DNA from: Candidatus Berkelbacteria bacterium
GTDB lineage: Bacteria > Patescibacteriota > UBA1384 > DTJR01
NCBI GenBank assembly: GCA_026397175.1
Contig: JAPLVK010000022.1
Coordinates: 5,689-69,688, forward strand
Reading direction: 5' to 3'
DNA: 64,000 bases
Both the position numbers and the translations under genes were made by a program. A model generated the notes under the pieces. The model had not been told where the DNA came from. It was given only the letters and a program-made list of their open reading frames with translations, and searched no databases. How positions within the stretch are numbered: the stretch's first letter is position 1; every line of letters begins with the position of its first letter. Positions 9,477 to 19,422 of this stretch are shown in pieces.

Positions 9477-9912
9477 CAATTCGAAGCGTGTTTTCGAAGG
9501 TGAGGCCGACTGGTTTGAGGTACGCTTTGGCTTGAGGATCGGTTAGGTCTGCTTTTTTTCGGCTTAACTTGAATCTCGCCTTGGCGAGTAGCCCAGTCGG
9601 GGTCAGCTTGGTTTGAAAGACCGTCTGCAGTCCCTGGTATCTAATGATCCAGCGGAGACGGTTTTGGTCGGCAGGAATAGCGGTCTGTTGAGGACTTCCT
9701 CCGGACCCCAAGTCCAACAAGCTGAAAAGTGACTGATTTTGAGTGGGCGCGCCAATCACCTTTTTGGTCATATAGACCTGGGTGGGCTCTGTCGCTTAAA
9801 GTCAGTGAGAACACGCAAGAAGCGATTCACATTTTTCTTGATTAGTTTCTTCAAAAGATGTGATCGCACCATGGGGGCGGCTCGGAAACGAGCCGCCCCT
9901 AAATCATTTTTC
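9477..9912 (+). ncRNA. Candidate large structured non-coding RNA (unassigned)
   Basis: Own promoter, many nested helices with G-U pairs on the + strand, terminal GAAA-capped hairpin 9874-9899, no convincing + strand ORF. Confidence 0.55.
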
Positions 9913-9921
9913 AGGTTACAA

Positions 9922-9959
9922 ATTTGCGCATTTTGTCCGATCGGACAAAATGCGCAAAT
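9922..9959. repeat. 38-bp perfect palindrome centred on CGATCG
   Basis: ATTTGCGCATTTTGTCCGATCGGACAAAATGCGCAAAT. Confidence 0.9.
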
Positions 9960-10115
9960 CATAATCTATCGACAAATATTAATCTCGCATTCGCGAAGGA
10001 TTCTTCCCCCGAACTAGATCCGAGATCAATGACTAAAATTGGAGTATGCAAAGATTAAACCCTTACAAAGAGAATCATTTTAATAATTAGATCAATATCA
10101 TAAATATTGATATAT

Positions 10116-10147
10116 TGCACTTTTAGTACGATCGTACTAAAAGTGCA
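10116..10147. repeat. 32-bp perfect palindrome centred on CGATCG
   Basis: TGCACTTTTAGTACGATCGTACTAAAAGTGCA. Confidence 0.9.
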
Positions 10148-10297
10148 TAAGATCTAGGAGAGGATACATTAAAAAATGTTAATTTACGGAAATTTTAAAA
10201 TTTGATTTGAAACAAAAATTCTGTAGCTTGAAGTTGAAATTAAGAAGAGTAAGATATTAGATAATTAAGCAATCAACAAAGTCCTTTAGGAGGGATC

Positions 10298-12034
10298 ATG
10301 GATTTGGATAAAAAACATCACGATGCGCCGAGAGTTGTGAATATTGGAATTTGGTCTATGGCCGTTGTAGGGGCACTCGCGTTTGCAATTTCGTTGGGCG
10401 GATGGTTTTATTCGTCTGTTGAATCGCCGATTTCGGCAAGTACCTCGGCCGGGTCGGGCACATGTCCGTCTGATAAACAAATTGCGATTAATAACTATCC
10501 CGGGACCAGCAAAGAATACCATGCCCTTTTGAGCAATTCGCGCGATCAAAATTGGCGATGCTCGCTTGTCTGTAATACTTCCGGAAAATCACCCGATGAG
10601 TTTATCAAAGGGTTAACAATTGGTGGAAAACCAGTAATTATTTATAGCACAGGCGATGAATTTAAAAGTAAGGGCAGTAACATCGGTAAGGATGATTTTG
10701 ACCGAGTCGTTGTTAGCGGCGCAACAAAAGGAAAATGTGAAGGCGCGAAAACCGGATCGACAAACGGCGCAAGCATTGACTATGTAGACATAAAATATAA
10801 CGACAAAGCAGTTGAACCACTTTCGAAGAATGAAACAATAAAGGAACTTTCGCAGGCAGCCAACGCCGACACAAGCAGCAATGAGCTACCAGCACCGATT
10901 GATAATCCAGGATCATCGCCAAGCGGGACAGACAGCACGACGACACCTGGACAAAAAGATGGTGTTCCAAAAATAAAGATTGTGAAACCAGGAACGCTAG
11001 ATCCCGATGCTCCGTCGTATACAATCCAAATTTCTGGAATTGAAAAATATTCCGACAGTACAAGAAAACCCGGAGATATTAGTATAACTGCAGCATTAAG
11101 CGACACTGACAGTAAGAGTGCAAAATTTCGTAATTCTCCAATTTGCGCTAGTGCTATGACACAAGGACCGGATGGTCATTATAATATGGAGTTTACGGTT
11201 GACGGAATATGGTATAGAGCAAATAGGAGTGCAAAGATATATTATTATGCTCTCGAAGAAACGGATGGGGCTATCCCTGAACAAAATAAAAGAAAACGAT
11301 CTTCATCGGATTCACTAAATAATCCAAGATATGTCCATTATGACGGCTCCACAATCCAAATAAAATATAACGAGGAATCCCTTTATGGTGTACAAGGTAG
11401 CGAAAATCCTGTTTTAACTTCAGCACAAGAATTGCAACAACAATGGGAATCTTTCGCAAGTGCGACAAAGTTAAATAGTTCACAGATGAATCAATGCGGG
11501 GGCTTGTCTTCGGGACCAACGCAAACAACGCAGGAAGTAGCGCAACAAACAATGCAGCAGATTACAAATCGAAATGGAACAGTTACATTTAAAATTTCCG
11601 GAAAAGTGTGGTGGAATTTTGCCGGAGGGTTAGAAAGTAAAAAAGCGGTTATTTGCGCAGCAATGTGGAATACTACTGACCCAGACGATCCTAAAAAAAG
11701 AAGTAAGATACCAAGCGAAGAATTCCAAAAGGTCAAGGCAAATACCAATGGAACATTTAGTATTGATTTGCCTGTAGCCATAAGGAATCTAAGGGGGCTA
11801 AGCATTGTTGCATTTGATCCCGGAGGAATTTATAGACCAAAATATTATTATTTCGGTCAAACTGCACTTGCTATGAAAAGCTATGTTATAAATGCAGTTG
11901 ACTTAACCACAAATAATTCTGCGTATGATGTCCCCTTCAACATAGGAAATCAGCTAGATCTTCAACAGGGTTATGGTGATTCAAAAAGGTGGCGAAACGA
12001 GTTCTATTATGCAACTGGTCACTACTGCGAATAG
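10298..12034 (+). CDS. Membrane-anchored/secreted hypothetical protein
   Basis: 578-aa ORF, N-terminal TM helix, paired Cys, Ser/Thr-rich linkers, RBS AGGAGG. Confidence 0.7.
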   Translation: MDLDKKHHDAPRVVNIGIWSMAVVGALAFAISLGGWFYSSVESPISASTSAGSGTCPSDKQIAINNYPGTSKEYHALLSNSRDQNWRCSLVCNTSGKSPDEFIKGLTIGGKPVIIYSTGDEFKSKGSNIGKDDFDRVVVSGATKGKCEGAKTGSTNGASIDYVDIKYNDKAVEPLSKNETIKELSQAANADTSSNELPAPIDNPGSSPSGTDSTTTPGQKDGVPKIKIVKPGTLDPDAPSYTIQISGIEKYSDSTRKPGDISITAALSDTDSKSAKFRNSPICASAMTQGPDGHYNMEFTVDGIWYRANRSAKIYYYALEETDGAIPEQNKRKRSSSDSLNNPRYVHYDGSTIQIKYNEESLYGVQGSENPVLTSAQELQQQWESFASATKLNSSQMNQCGGLSSGPTQTTQEVAQQTMQQITNRNGTVTFKISGKVWWNFAGGLESKKAVICAAMWNTTDPDDPKKRSKIPSEEFQKVKANTNGTFSIDLPVAIRNLRGLSIVAFDPGGIYRPKYYYFGQTALAMKSYVINAVDLTTNNSAYDVPFNIGNQLDLQQGYGDSKRWRNEFYYATGHYCE

Positions 12035-12048
12035 AACACTTCGACTTG

Positions 12049-13833
12049 TTAGATTATCTTCTCGAGTTCGTCGTGTTCGATGGTTTCTTTTTTGAGCAAG
12101 AGCTCGGCTAATTTTTTGAGTTTAGTTTTGTCGTGAGTCAAAATATTCTTGGCTTTCTTCTCTGATTCCAGAATAACTTTTTCGACTTCGCTATCAATCA
12201 AAGCCGCCATTTTCTCCGAATGAACTTTATGCTCGCCTAATTCGCGACCCAAAAACACGAGCTCGTCGCGCTGGGCCACAACAACCGGCCCGATGGCCTC
12301 GCTCATACCATAAACCTGAACCATATCTTTGGCAATTTTTGTGGCGCGTTCCAGATCGTTTGAAGCGCCGGTGGTCAATTTATTAAAAATCATTTTTTCG
12401 GCAACGCGTCCGGCCAAAAGTTGGGCAATATCGTTTTCGAAGTCCTCTTGCGATCTCATATAACGGTCTTCGTTTGGCATACTCCAAGTGTAGCCAAGCG
12501 CCATACCTCGGGAAATAATCGAGACCTTTTGCAGCGATTCATCGAGTTTTAAGGCCTTACCGACAATAGCGTGGCCGGACTCGTGGTAAGCGGCAATTTT
12601 CTTTTCTTCATTTGACATAACCTTACTTCTTCGCTCGGGGCCGAGAGTTACCTTCTCGACGGACTCCATAAAATTGAGCTCTGTGATGGTTTTTTGACCT
12701 TTTCTGGCCGCTAAAATAGCCGCTTCATTGACAACATTTTTTAAATCGGCGCCGCTCATACCCACAGTGTTTGAGGCAACTCGGGAAATATCAACTGATT
12801 TTTCGACCGGTTTGTTGCGCATGTGAATCTGCAAAATTTCTACCCGTTCTTTTTTGTCGGGCAGCGATAAAACCACTCGGCGGTCAAATCTACCCGGACG
12901 AAGCAGCGCCGGATCTAAAACATCCGGGCGGTTGGTGGCGGCAAGTATAATCACCCTTGTGTCGGTCTCAAAGCCATCCATCTCTACCAAAATCTGGTTT
13001 AGGGTCTGCTCGCGCTCGTCGTGGCTTCCGCCTAACCCCGCGCCTCTCTGGCGGCCAATAGCATCAAGTTCATCAATAAAAATAACGCACGGGGCGTTTC
13101 GTTTGGCTTTGTTGAACATGTCTCGGACTCTGCTTGCGCCCACACCGACAAACATTTCTACAAATTCAGAGGCGGAAATAGAAAAAAACGGGACTCCAGC
13201 TTCACCAGCCACTGCCCTAGCCAAAAGTGTTTTTCCAACACCCGGCGCTCCAACCAGCAAAACACCTTTTGGAATCTCGGCCCCAATTAATTTAAATTTG
13301 CCCGGGCTTTTTAAAAACTCGACGACTTCCATCAGTTCTTCTTTTGGCTCTTTTAATCCGGCAACATCGTTAAAAGTCGTTTTATTTTTTAATCCGGCAA
13401 GTCGTGCGGTTGATTTACCAAAACTCATGGCCTTAACATTTGCACCTTGGGCTTGGCGAAGCATAAAGTAGATAAATCCGCCGATTAGCAAAAACGGCAA
13501 AATAACAGATAAAAATGTCGGCCAGAAAGCCCCGCTATCAGGATTTTTGACATTAATATCAACTTTGTCCGGTGTGATACCATATTTTACCAGTGAGATC
13601 CCCTGCTCCTTATAGGCCTTTAATTTTGTGCCGTCTTTGAGGGTGGCAAGAATTTCGTCGTTATTGAGATTGATTTTATCAATTGTGCCATCTTGGTAGT
13701 CCTTGGCAATTTCGGAAATAGAAACATCTTTCGGGGGTTTAGAAAAAAGCGGTCCGAAAAAATTATAAAGCGCACTCGCCAGAAGCAAGGAGATAATAAT
13801 TGTAACAATTGTTCTAATTTGATTTGGTTTCAT
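12049..13833 (-). CDS. ftsH: ATP-dependent zinc metalloprotease FtsH
   Basis: Two TM helices, [33 protein letters not shown]. Confidence 0.97.
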   Translation of the reverse strand: MKPNQIRTIVTIIISLLLASALYNFFGPLFSKPPKDVSISEIAKDYQDGTIDKINLNNDEILATLKDGTKLKAYKEQGISLVKYGITPDKVDINVKNPDSGAFWPTFLSVILPFLLIGGFIYFMLRQAQGANVKAMSFGKSTARLAGLKNKTTFNDVAGLKEPKEELMEVVEFLKSPGKFKLIGAEIPKGVLLVGAPGVGKTLLARAVAGEAGVPFFSISASEFVEMFVGVGASRVRDMFNKAKRNAPCVIFIDELDAIGRQRGAGLGGSHDEREQTLNQILVEMDGFETDTRVIILAATNRPDVLDPALLRPGRFDRRVVLSLPDKKERVEILQIHMRNKPVEKSVDISRVASNTVGMSGADLKNVVNEAAILAARKGQKTITELNFMESVEKVTLGPERRSKVMSNEEKKIAAYHESGHAIVGKALKLDESLQKVSIISRGMALGYTWSMPNEDRYMRSQEDFENDIAQLLAGRVAEKMIFNKLTTGASNDLERATKIAKDMVQVYGMSEAIGPVVVAQRDELVFLGRELGEHKVHSEKMAALIDSEVEKVILESEKKAKNILTHDKTKLKKLAELLLKKETIEHDELEKII

Positions 13834-13871
13834 AAATCTAAAACAGATCCTGCAATATGAATTTTAAAATT

Positions 13872-13948
<77 letters not shown>

Positions 13949-14079
13949 TCATATTTAGAAGAATAGCAAATTTCCTCGAATTAGTCAATTTACAGATTAA
14001 CAAATTTTGCGAAATAGTAAAGAGCTCTTTACATTTATGGTTTTTTTTATAAAATAGAAATGTGTTAAAAGTATAAAGT

Positions 14080-14156
14080 GACAGTGTAGCTCAGATGGTT
14101 AGAGCGAGGGAATCATAACCCCTAGGTCGCTGGTTCGATTCCAGCCACTGTCACCA
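14080..14156 (+). tRNA. tRNA with CAT anticodon, most likely elongator Met
   Basis: GACAGTG...ATCATAA...TTCGATT...CACTGTCACCA cloverleaf; Ile2 is less likely because an Ile-UAU tRNA is present. Confidence 0.85.
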
Positions 14157-14232
14157 CACTTCGCCCTTCGGGCTTCGCGTGGCACAGCCACCTTCTTATT
14201 TCTGGGCTACGGGTGGCAAGCAGCCATTTTTT

Positions 14233-14643
14233 TTATAAAGTGTCGAGGGCGTGGTTGACGAGAGAGTCCGCTTCTTTGTTATCCTCTCGTCTGATATGAG
14301 AAAAATTTATCGTCCCGCCGTGTTCGGATAACTTCTGCTTAATATCTAAATAAATAACTTTTAAATTTTGATCCTTCACCTTGTATTGGCCATTTAGCTG
14401 GCGGCAAACTAATTCGGAATCCAAAAGAAAATCAATATTGGCTTCTTTTTCGTTCTCCAAAACCCACTCGAGGGCTTTTTCTATGGCCGTGTATTCTGCA
14501 ACATTATTAGTTTCGACTCCGATACACTCGCTTATTTTGTGGATAATCTTACCCGATTCAAAATCAACAATTACAATCCCGATTGCGCAAGGACCGGGAT
14601 TTCCTCTTGATCCCCCGTCTGTAAAAATTTTTAACTTCTTCAT
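14233..14643 (-). CDS. rnhA: Ribonuclease HI family protein
   Basis: FTDGGSRGNPG, TNNVAEY, DSELV, HIRREDNKEADSL; ATGA overlap with the upstream pilin gene. Confidence 0.9.
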   Translation of the reverse strand: MKKLKIFTDGGSRGNPGPCAIGIVIVDFESGKIIHKISECIGVETNNVAEYTAIEKALEWVLENEKEANIDFLLDSELVCRQLNGQYKVKDQNLKVIYLDIKQKLSEHGGTINFSHIRREDNKEADSLVNHALDTL

Positions 14644-15677
14644 GGAGTTGCAGTTGGGTTAATGTTTGGCATCTGGCAATTTTTGCCGCAGAAAACGCCG
14701 AAATCCGCAAGCCCGACATACGCGCCGGTTGACGCATCAATTTTAGCCTGTAATTTTCTTCGCGCTTCGCCGGCCTTGCCGACTGACTCAATAATAATTG
14801 TCCCGGGTTTGTCCAAAGTCGGAGGAATTATATCAGTTACATGTTTTGCGCTGATCTTGAAAAAGATATATTTAGGATTATCACCACTAATACCACTGAC
14901 CCCGTTGGCGCTTAATCGGCCAGCAGCAGTATGGGCATCGGAAATAATTTGCGCCGCTTGTGGCTTGATTTTGAGATGACATTCCGAAAGTGCTGTACAC
15001 TTATCCAGACCATTGATAGTCATTGCGTGCGAGCTTATAATATTATTTGTTTTTTCGTCCAAAAGTTGTTCTTCTCCGGTTTTACTTAAATCAACCAGTT
15101 GATAGTTGACCGCTGAAAAGACGACATCGGAATCAAAAAATTTATGATACAAGCCGTCTGTAACCGTAAAATAAAATGGTTTTGAAAAATAAATTGTTAA
15201 ATTATCGAGCGGCGTGCTGGAATTATTAATTAAATAGGATAAATCAATATCCAAGGTGTCGTCGCAAAGCAGCCGCAAGGCCTTTTGTGTAATTGCTTGC
15301 TTGGGGGCCTCTTGCCAATTATTAAAATTCCCGTCTTCGAGGTTATTCCCGACCGATAACGCCTCCATCTTGACCGAAAGATCGTAAGAAACTTTAGGTG
15401 AATCAACTGTTTTATTCGCAATCACTTGACTCGGAAGTGTTCTAAAAACAAGCGATTCCTTGCCTTGCGATCGAGCATATTTGTAGCGCAGAAGACCGTC
15501 TTCGATGCCGCTTAAAGCCGCGCGATAAGCCATCTGGCCTTCTCTGTCTTGGCCTGATTGCTTGGTCTGCTGCGAAATCATCAAAACCGCACCGGTCAAT
15601 AAAGCCGATAAGATAATACCCATGGCAATCGCGATAAGCAACGCGGATGATTTAAATTTTAATTTTGTTTTTTTCAT
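14640..15677 (-). CDS. PilX/GspK-like minor pilin
   Basis: Basic leader, SSALLIA hydrophobic helix, AYRAALSGIE, C-terminal IIIESVGKAG. Confidence 0.75.
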   Translation of the reverse strand: MKKTKLKFKSSALLIAIAMGIILSALLTGAVLMISQQTKQSGQDREGQMAYRAALSGIEDGLLRYKYARSQGKESLVFRTLPSQVIANKTVDSPKVSYDLSVKMEALSVGNNLEDGNFNNWQEAPKQAITQKALRLLCDDTLDIDLSYLINNSSTPLDNLTIYFSKPFYFTVTDGLYHKFFDSDVVFSAVNYQLVDLSKTGEEQLLDEKTNNIISSHAMTINGLDKCTALSECHLKIKPQAAQIISDAHTAAGRLSANGVSGISGDNPKYIFFKISAKHVTDIIPPTLDKPGTIIIESVGKAGEARRKLQAKIDASTGAYVGLADFGVFCGKNCQMPNINPTATP

Positions 15678-16450
15678 CAGATCGGCCTCAAATTATTAAC
15701 GGCACTGACAAAAACCCTGGTCATCGCTTTGTTTTGATCTTGGGTCGCTAATGAATTATAGAAAAGGTCTTTAAGAGCAACGGAGTAAATTTGCGTTCCG
15801 ATTTGTCCCGATGGTCCGCCACCGTAAGAGCCGTTACCGCGAATGGTAAAAAATTTTGTAACATTTTTGTAGGCATCGCTTGGTGGGGTCTTGGCAGGAT
15901 CTATTGCAGCGCAATCGTTTGAATGAATTTTTTGGGGCGGATTGGCCGGATCGTTTATGGCGTCGGTTAAAATTGTTGCTGCTACTCCGCCAACCAAATA
16001 AGTATCGTCAATCGTACCTTCGATATCTTTTGCCAAATACATTTCCTTTCTTAAAGAAAAATAACCGTATTGTCCCGTAGCATCCTTTTTCTTAAAAACC
16101 ATATTGACCCAAACCATATATTTTCCATTGTCCAAAGTGGTATTGTCTGATTTTTCAAATGTTGCAAAACCAACGGACTGGCTGATATTTTTATCAATGT
16201 TGATAAACGAATATTTTGGATCCGCAAAATCAATCGCCACAATTCTGGAAGTGCCGAAATTGGCAGATCGAACCATCAAGTTGATATAATTCTCGGTTTG
16301 TTTGGCACACTCATTGGTTTTGGAAATGTCGGTGGTGAGTTCATTTGATTTTTTAATCATGGCAAAAGAAGCCGTCGCCATCACAATAACCATCATAAAA
16401 ATAAACGACGCAACCAGAATCTCAATAAGTGTAAAGGCCTTTGTTTTCAT
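15677..16450 (-). CDS. Type IV minor pilin (PilW-like)
   Basis: MKTKA|FTLIE prepilin motif. Confidence 0.8.
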   Translation of the reverse strand: MKTKAFTLIEILVASFIFMMVIVMATASFAMIKKSNELTTDISKTNECAKQTENYINLMVRSANFGTSRIVAIDFADPKYSFINIDKNISQSVGFATFEKSDNTTLDNGKYMVWVNMVFKKKDATGQYGYFSLRKEMYLAKDIEGTIDDTYLVGGVAATILTDAINDPANPPQKIHSNDCAAIDPAKTPPSDAYKNVTKFFTIRGNGSYGGGPSGQIGTQIYSVALKDLFYNSLATQDQNKAMTRVFVSAVNNLRPI

Positions 16451-17046
16451 CTTTCCCAATCCGTAAAAATTTGCACGAGTTTAAAGTGTCTGACACCGGT
16501 TGCTTCTTCCCATTTGACATCAATAGTTGCTTGGCGACATTTGGCTGGAGGAACTGTTTGAGTGTCGACTGAAATCGGGTTGGGACACACTTTTACAGCG
16601 ACATTAAAAGCAAAATAGCCGTCCGAAAATGACGGGTCGTCCAGTTCGTTTGATTTTATTGGGACATAATTATCGTCGGGGACTGTCGTTGCATCCAACC
16701 CCTTATAAATAAATCGGCTTAAAGGATATAGTGTAAAATCCGCTTTGTTGCAATCATTTGTTGTTTTGGTTTTATAAGTGTTTGTGTCGAAGCATCTGAT
16801 ATTGATAATGTTCGGGCTTGAGACCTTGTCGTCAAAGGAAACTCGGCCGGATGATTTTATTAAATTGATCGTTTCGAAAAGATTATTGGAAATGTGCTCG
16901 GCTTGGGTATAGGCGGAATCGGCCGAGGCGGTACGGCTGGTTGAGGAAGAAAGCGCAACCGCCGCCGTTAAAACCAAAATAACAATAATTGACGCAACAA
17001 TCGCTTCAGTTATGCCAAATGATTTTAACTTTTTACTGCGTAACAT
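16447..17046 (-). CDS. Type IV minor pilin (PilV-like)
   Basis: KKLKS|FGITE and hydrophobic helix; C-terminal ATIDVKW. Confidence 0.75.
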   Translation of the reverse strand: MLRSKKLKSFGITEAIVASIIVILVLTAAVALSSSTSRTASADSAYTQAEHISNNLFETINLIKSSGRVSFDDKVSSPNIINIRCFDTNTYKTKTTNDCNKADFTLYPLSRFIYKGLDATTVPDDNYVPIKSNELDDPSFSDGYFAFNVAVKVCPNPISVDTQTVPPAKCRQATIDVKWEEATGVRHFKLVQIFTDWER

Positions 17047-17530
17047 TTACACTCCCATTGGGTGAAATTGTAACGATATCTTTAATAGTGTTGTCCTTTT
17101 TGGATACGACTTGAAGAATAAGATTAGCAACATTTTGCGCCTTTCCGGACTGGGCGGAAAAAATAATTTTTGCCGCGCTCGGCGAAACGGTCGAAGAAGT
17201 TAAATTCAAGGAATCAATCGGATTGTTTTGGGGATCATCCATATTGTCGGAGCCACCAACATTTGTACTTTTAATGAGCCGTTTCAACTCCAAAACCCCG
17301 CTATCTCCCTTTGAAACATCAACTTTATATGCGGTTGCTTCGGGGCTGTCGGGATGATAGGCGTAATTTTGCGCCCTAACAATAAAAGACGAAACCAGCC
17401 CTGCTTCGCTGGCTACGGAATTTTTTTGGCTCGTGGCATGGCTAAATATTGGGATACTTACAACCAGAAGCAGCATCGCAATTGAAATTGCCACGATCAG
17501 CTCGATGAGGGTCATAGATTTTATCTTGAT
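17033..17530 (-). CDS. Type IV minor pilin (FimT-like); start uncertain (ATC 17530 or ATG 17515)
   Basis: KIKS|MTLIE motif; RBS AAGGAG lies 6 nt before an in-frame ATC. Confidence 0.75.
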   Translation of the reverse strand: MKIKSMTLIELIVAISIAMLLLVVSIPIFSHATSQKNSVASEAGLVSSFIVRAQNYAYHPDSPEATAYKVDVSKGDSGVLELKRLIKSTNVGGSDNMDDPQNNPIDSLNLTSSTVSPSAAKIIFSAQSGKAQNVANLILQVVSKKDNTIKDIVTISPNGSVNVTQ

Positions 17531-17557
17531 CGTTTTCTCCTTATTATTTGGCTATGC

Positions 17558-18034
17558 TTATTTGGCGACAAAATAACAGGCGGTGGGATTCTGGGTTTTG
17601 TAAAACTGAACGATTGGGGGCGAAGAAGCAGTAATATTACACGGGGCTGTCCCTTGCTCTGCTGTCTCCATTTTATCAACGATCACGGCTGCTTTTCTGC
17701 CATCACAACTAGAAACATAAGTGTAATGCACAGTGTTGTCTGCCGGATCCACAGGAAAAGGATTTAAATACTGGCTAAGTGCGGTGAGTATTTCTGTATC
17801 ATTAGCCACAACATAAGCTGTACAGGCACCTGCCCCAACGGGATAAGTGCGGGTATTGTTTAGATAATATTGATCGAGAGCGCTGGAGATAATGTTGGCG
17901 TCGCTGATGCGGCGATTGTCGCGGGAGCGTTTTCTGGCCGGACCAAGACCCAAGACAACCAGAGTCGCTAAAATTCCGATAATTACAATAACCACCATAA
18001 GTTCAACTAGAGTAAAAGCGCGAACTTTTTTCAT
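17558..18034 (-). CDS. Type IV pilin / GspG-like pseudopilin
   Basis: MKKVRA|FTLVE, SRDNRRISD, ALDQYY, PVDP. Confidence 0.85.
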   Translation of the reverse strand: MKKVRAFTLVELMVVIVIIGILATLVVLGLGPARKRSRDNRRISDANIISSALDQYYLNNTRTYPVGAGACTAYVVANDTEILTALSQYLNPFPVDPADNTVHYTYVSSCDGRKAAVIVDKMETAEQGTAPCNITASSPPIVQFYKTQNPTACYFVAK

Positions 18035-18062
18035 ATCCCTCCTTTTCCGCCTAAGGCGGAAT

Positions 18063-18836
18063 TTATAAACCAAATATTTTTAAATATAAATTAATAATTT
18101 TTTCGCCCCAAAACAGACCGATCATTCCTCCGATTGCCAAAAATGGACCGAATGCGATTTGCGATTTCGACCTCTTTTGTGAACTAATAGACATTTTTAT
18201 TATACCAAATATCGCGCCCAACATAAAAGCGGAAAAAACGGAAACAACGGCGGCCGGAAAGCCCGATAAAATTGCTATCCAAGCGGCAAAAAAACTATCT
18301 CCCAGTCCCATCCATTTCTCGCGACTGATAAGATAAAGCAAAAAAGGAATAACGACTGCAGCCGAAATAGCGTAAAGTAAGGAAATCAAATGAGTCAGAC
18401 CGGTTGAGCGTAAAAAATACCAAATTAATGCCAAAATGATACCAACAATTAAAACCGGCAGTTCAACTTCTTGATTTTCGGCGTCAAGCCAACACGCAAC
18501 TAATAGCGCGGATAGCGACAAAAACAAGACGAACGAGGAAAATGATAGACCAAATTTAAGATAAACCGCCAAAGCCAAAATGGCCGAGATGATTTCGAAA
18601 ATCGGATATTGCCAGCTGATTTTTTTTGCACAATACCGACAACGGCCGCGCAAAAACAAAAAACTAAAAAGCGGGATTAAAACCCAAAACCCAAGTTTGT
18701 GATGGCACTTTGGGCATTGACTTCGGCCGATAATAATTGATTTGGGATCTTCAAGACGATTTTTGTCAACAGATAAAAATGAACCGAAAATTAACCCGAA
18801 GATTATAATAAATAATATTATAAGATTAATTGGCAT
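18063..18836 (-). CDS. pilD: Prepilin peptidase
   Basis: GSFL, RSQCPKC, LIPLFSFLFLRGRCRYC, MGLGD, IAFGPFL. Confidence 0.92.
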   Translation of the reverse strand: MPINLIILFIIIFGLIFGSFLSVDKNRLEDPKSIIIGRSQCPKCHHKLGFWVLIPLFSFLFLRGRCRYCAKKISWQYPIFEIISAILALAVYLKFGLSFSSFVLFLSLSALLVACWLDAENQEVELPVLIVGIILALIWYFLRSTGLTHLISLLYAISAAVVIPFLLYLISREKWMGLGDSFFAAWIAILSGFPAAVVSVFSAFMLGAIFGIIKMSISSQKRSKSQIAFGPFLAIGGMIGLFWGEKIINLYLKIFGL

Positions 18837-18865
18837 GATTTTATACGACAGATACAGTAACTGGT

Positions 18866-19360
18866 TTATAGACAGGCTGCGTTTGGGTCTTTTAAATTCG
18901 AGTCGTCAGTGTCAGTAGTTCCATAACACCCCGCTATTGCTGATTTGCCGGTAATACTAAAGCCACTTGTTGTAAGTTGTATCTTTATCGGGTTTCCCAA
19001 ACCATCAACAGGAGCAGCACTAAACGGCCCAGCTATTCCTTCAATTGCGGTCTTGCAAACACCGTCTACTGGAATTTTTGAAGTTCCACATTTTACCGCT
19101 GGAGTAAGTGCCGATAGATCTGCAGCATCAGAGTTGGTCATAACCAGCTGAAGTGCTGTTTTGACTTGACTAATGGCAGTTTTTGTTTTTGCATCTTTGG
19201 AGGTTTTGATAGCTTTTTGAAGTCCCAAAACCACCAAAGTCGCTAGGATACCAATGATAACCACAACCACCAAAAGCTCTACCAATGTAAACGCTTTCAG
19301 TTTTTTTCCGCCAGAGGCGCCTGCCTGTCGGTCAGACAGGGATTTCGCTACGCTCAACAT
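18866..19360 (-). CDS. Type IV pilin (probable major pilin)
   Basis: KKLKA|FTLVE, RBS AGGAGG; leader extended by nested repeats. Confidence 0.85.
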   Translation of the reverse strand: MLSVAKSLSDRQAGASGGKKLKAFTLVELLVVVVIIGILATLVVLGLQKAIKTSKDAKTKTAISQVKTALQLVMTNSDAADLSALTPAVKCGTSKIPVDGVCKTAIEGIAGPFSAAPVDGLGNPIKIQLTTSGFSITGKSAIAGCYGTTDTDDSNLKDPNAACL

Positions 19361-19422
19361 AAACCCTCCTTATTTTTTATCTTTTAGTTAATTTTAAAGC
19401 AAAATTTATAACAATGCAAGAT

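Noticed and set aside
9685-9705. GGAGGAAGTCC on the - strand resembling the RNase P RNA P4 motif
   Set aside because: One A short, no matching 3' ACAGAA...GGCUUA partner, and G-U pairs favour the + strand.
9358-9771. 137-aa ORF on the - strand
   Set aside because: No recognisable motif or RBS, runs through REP-like repeats, and lies antisense to a promoter-driven structured region; treated as a shadow ORF, though not excluded.
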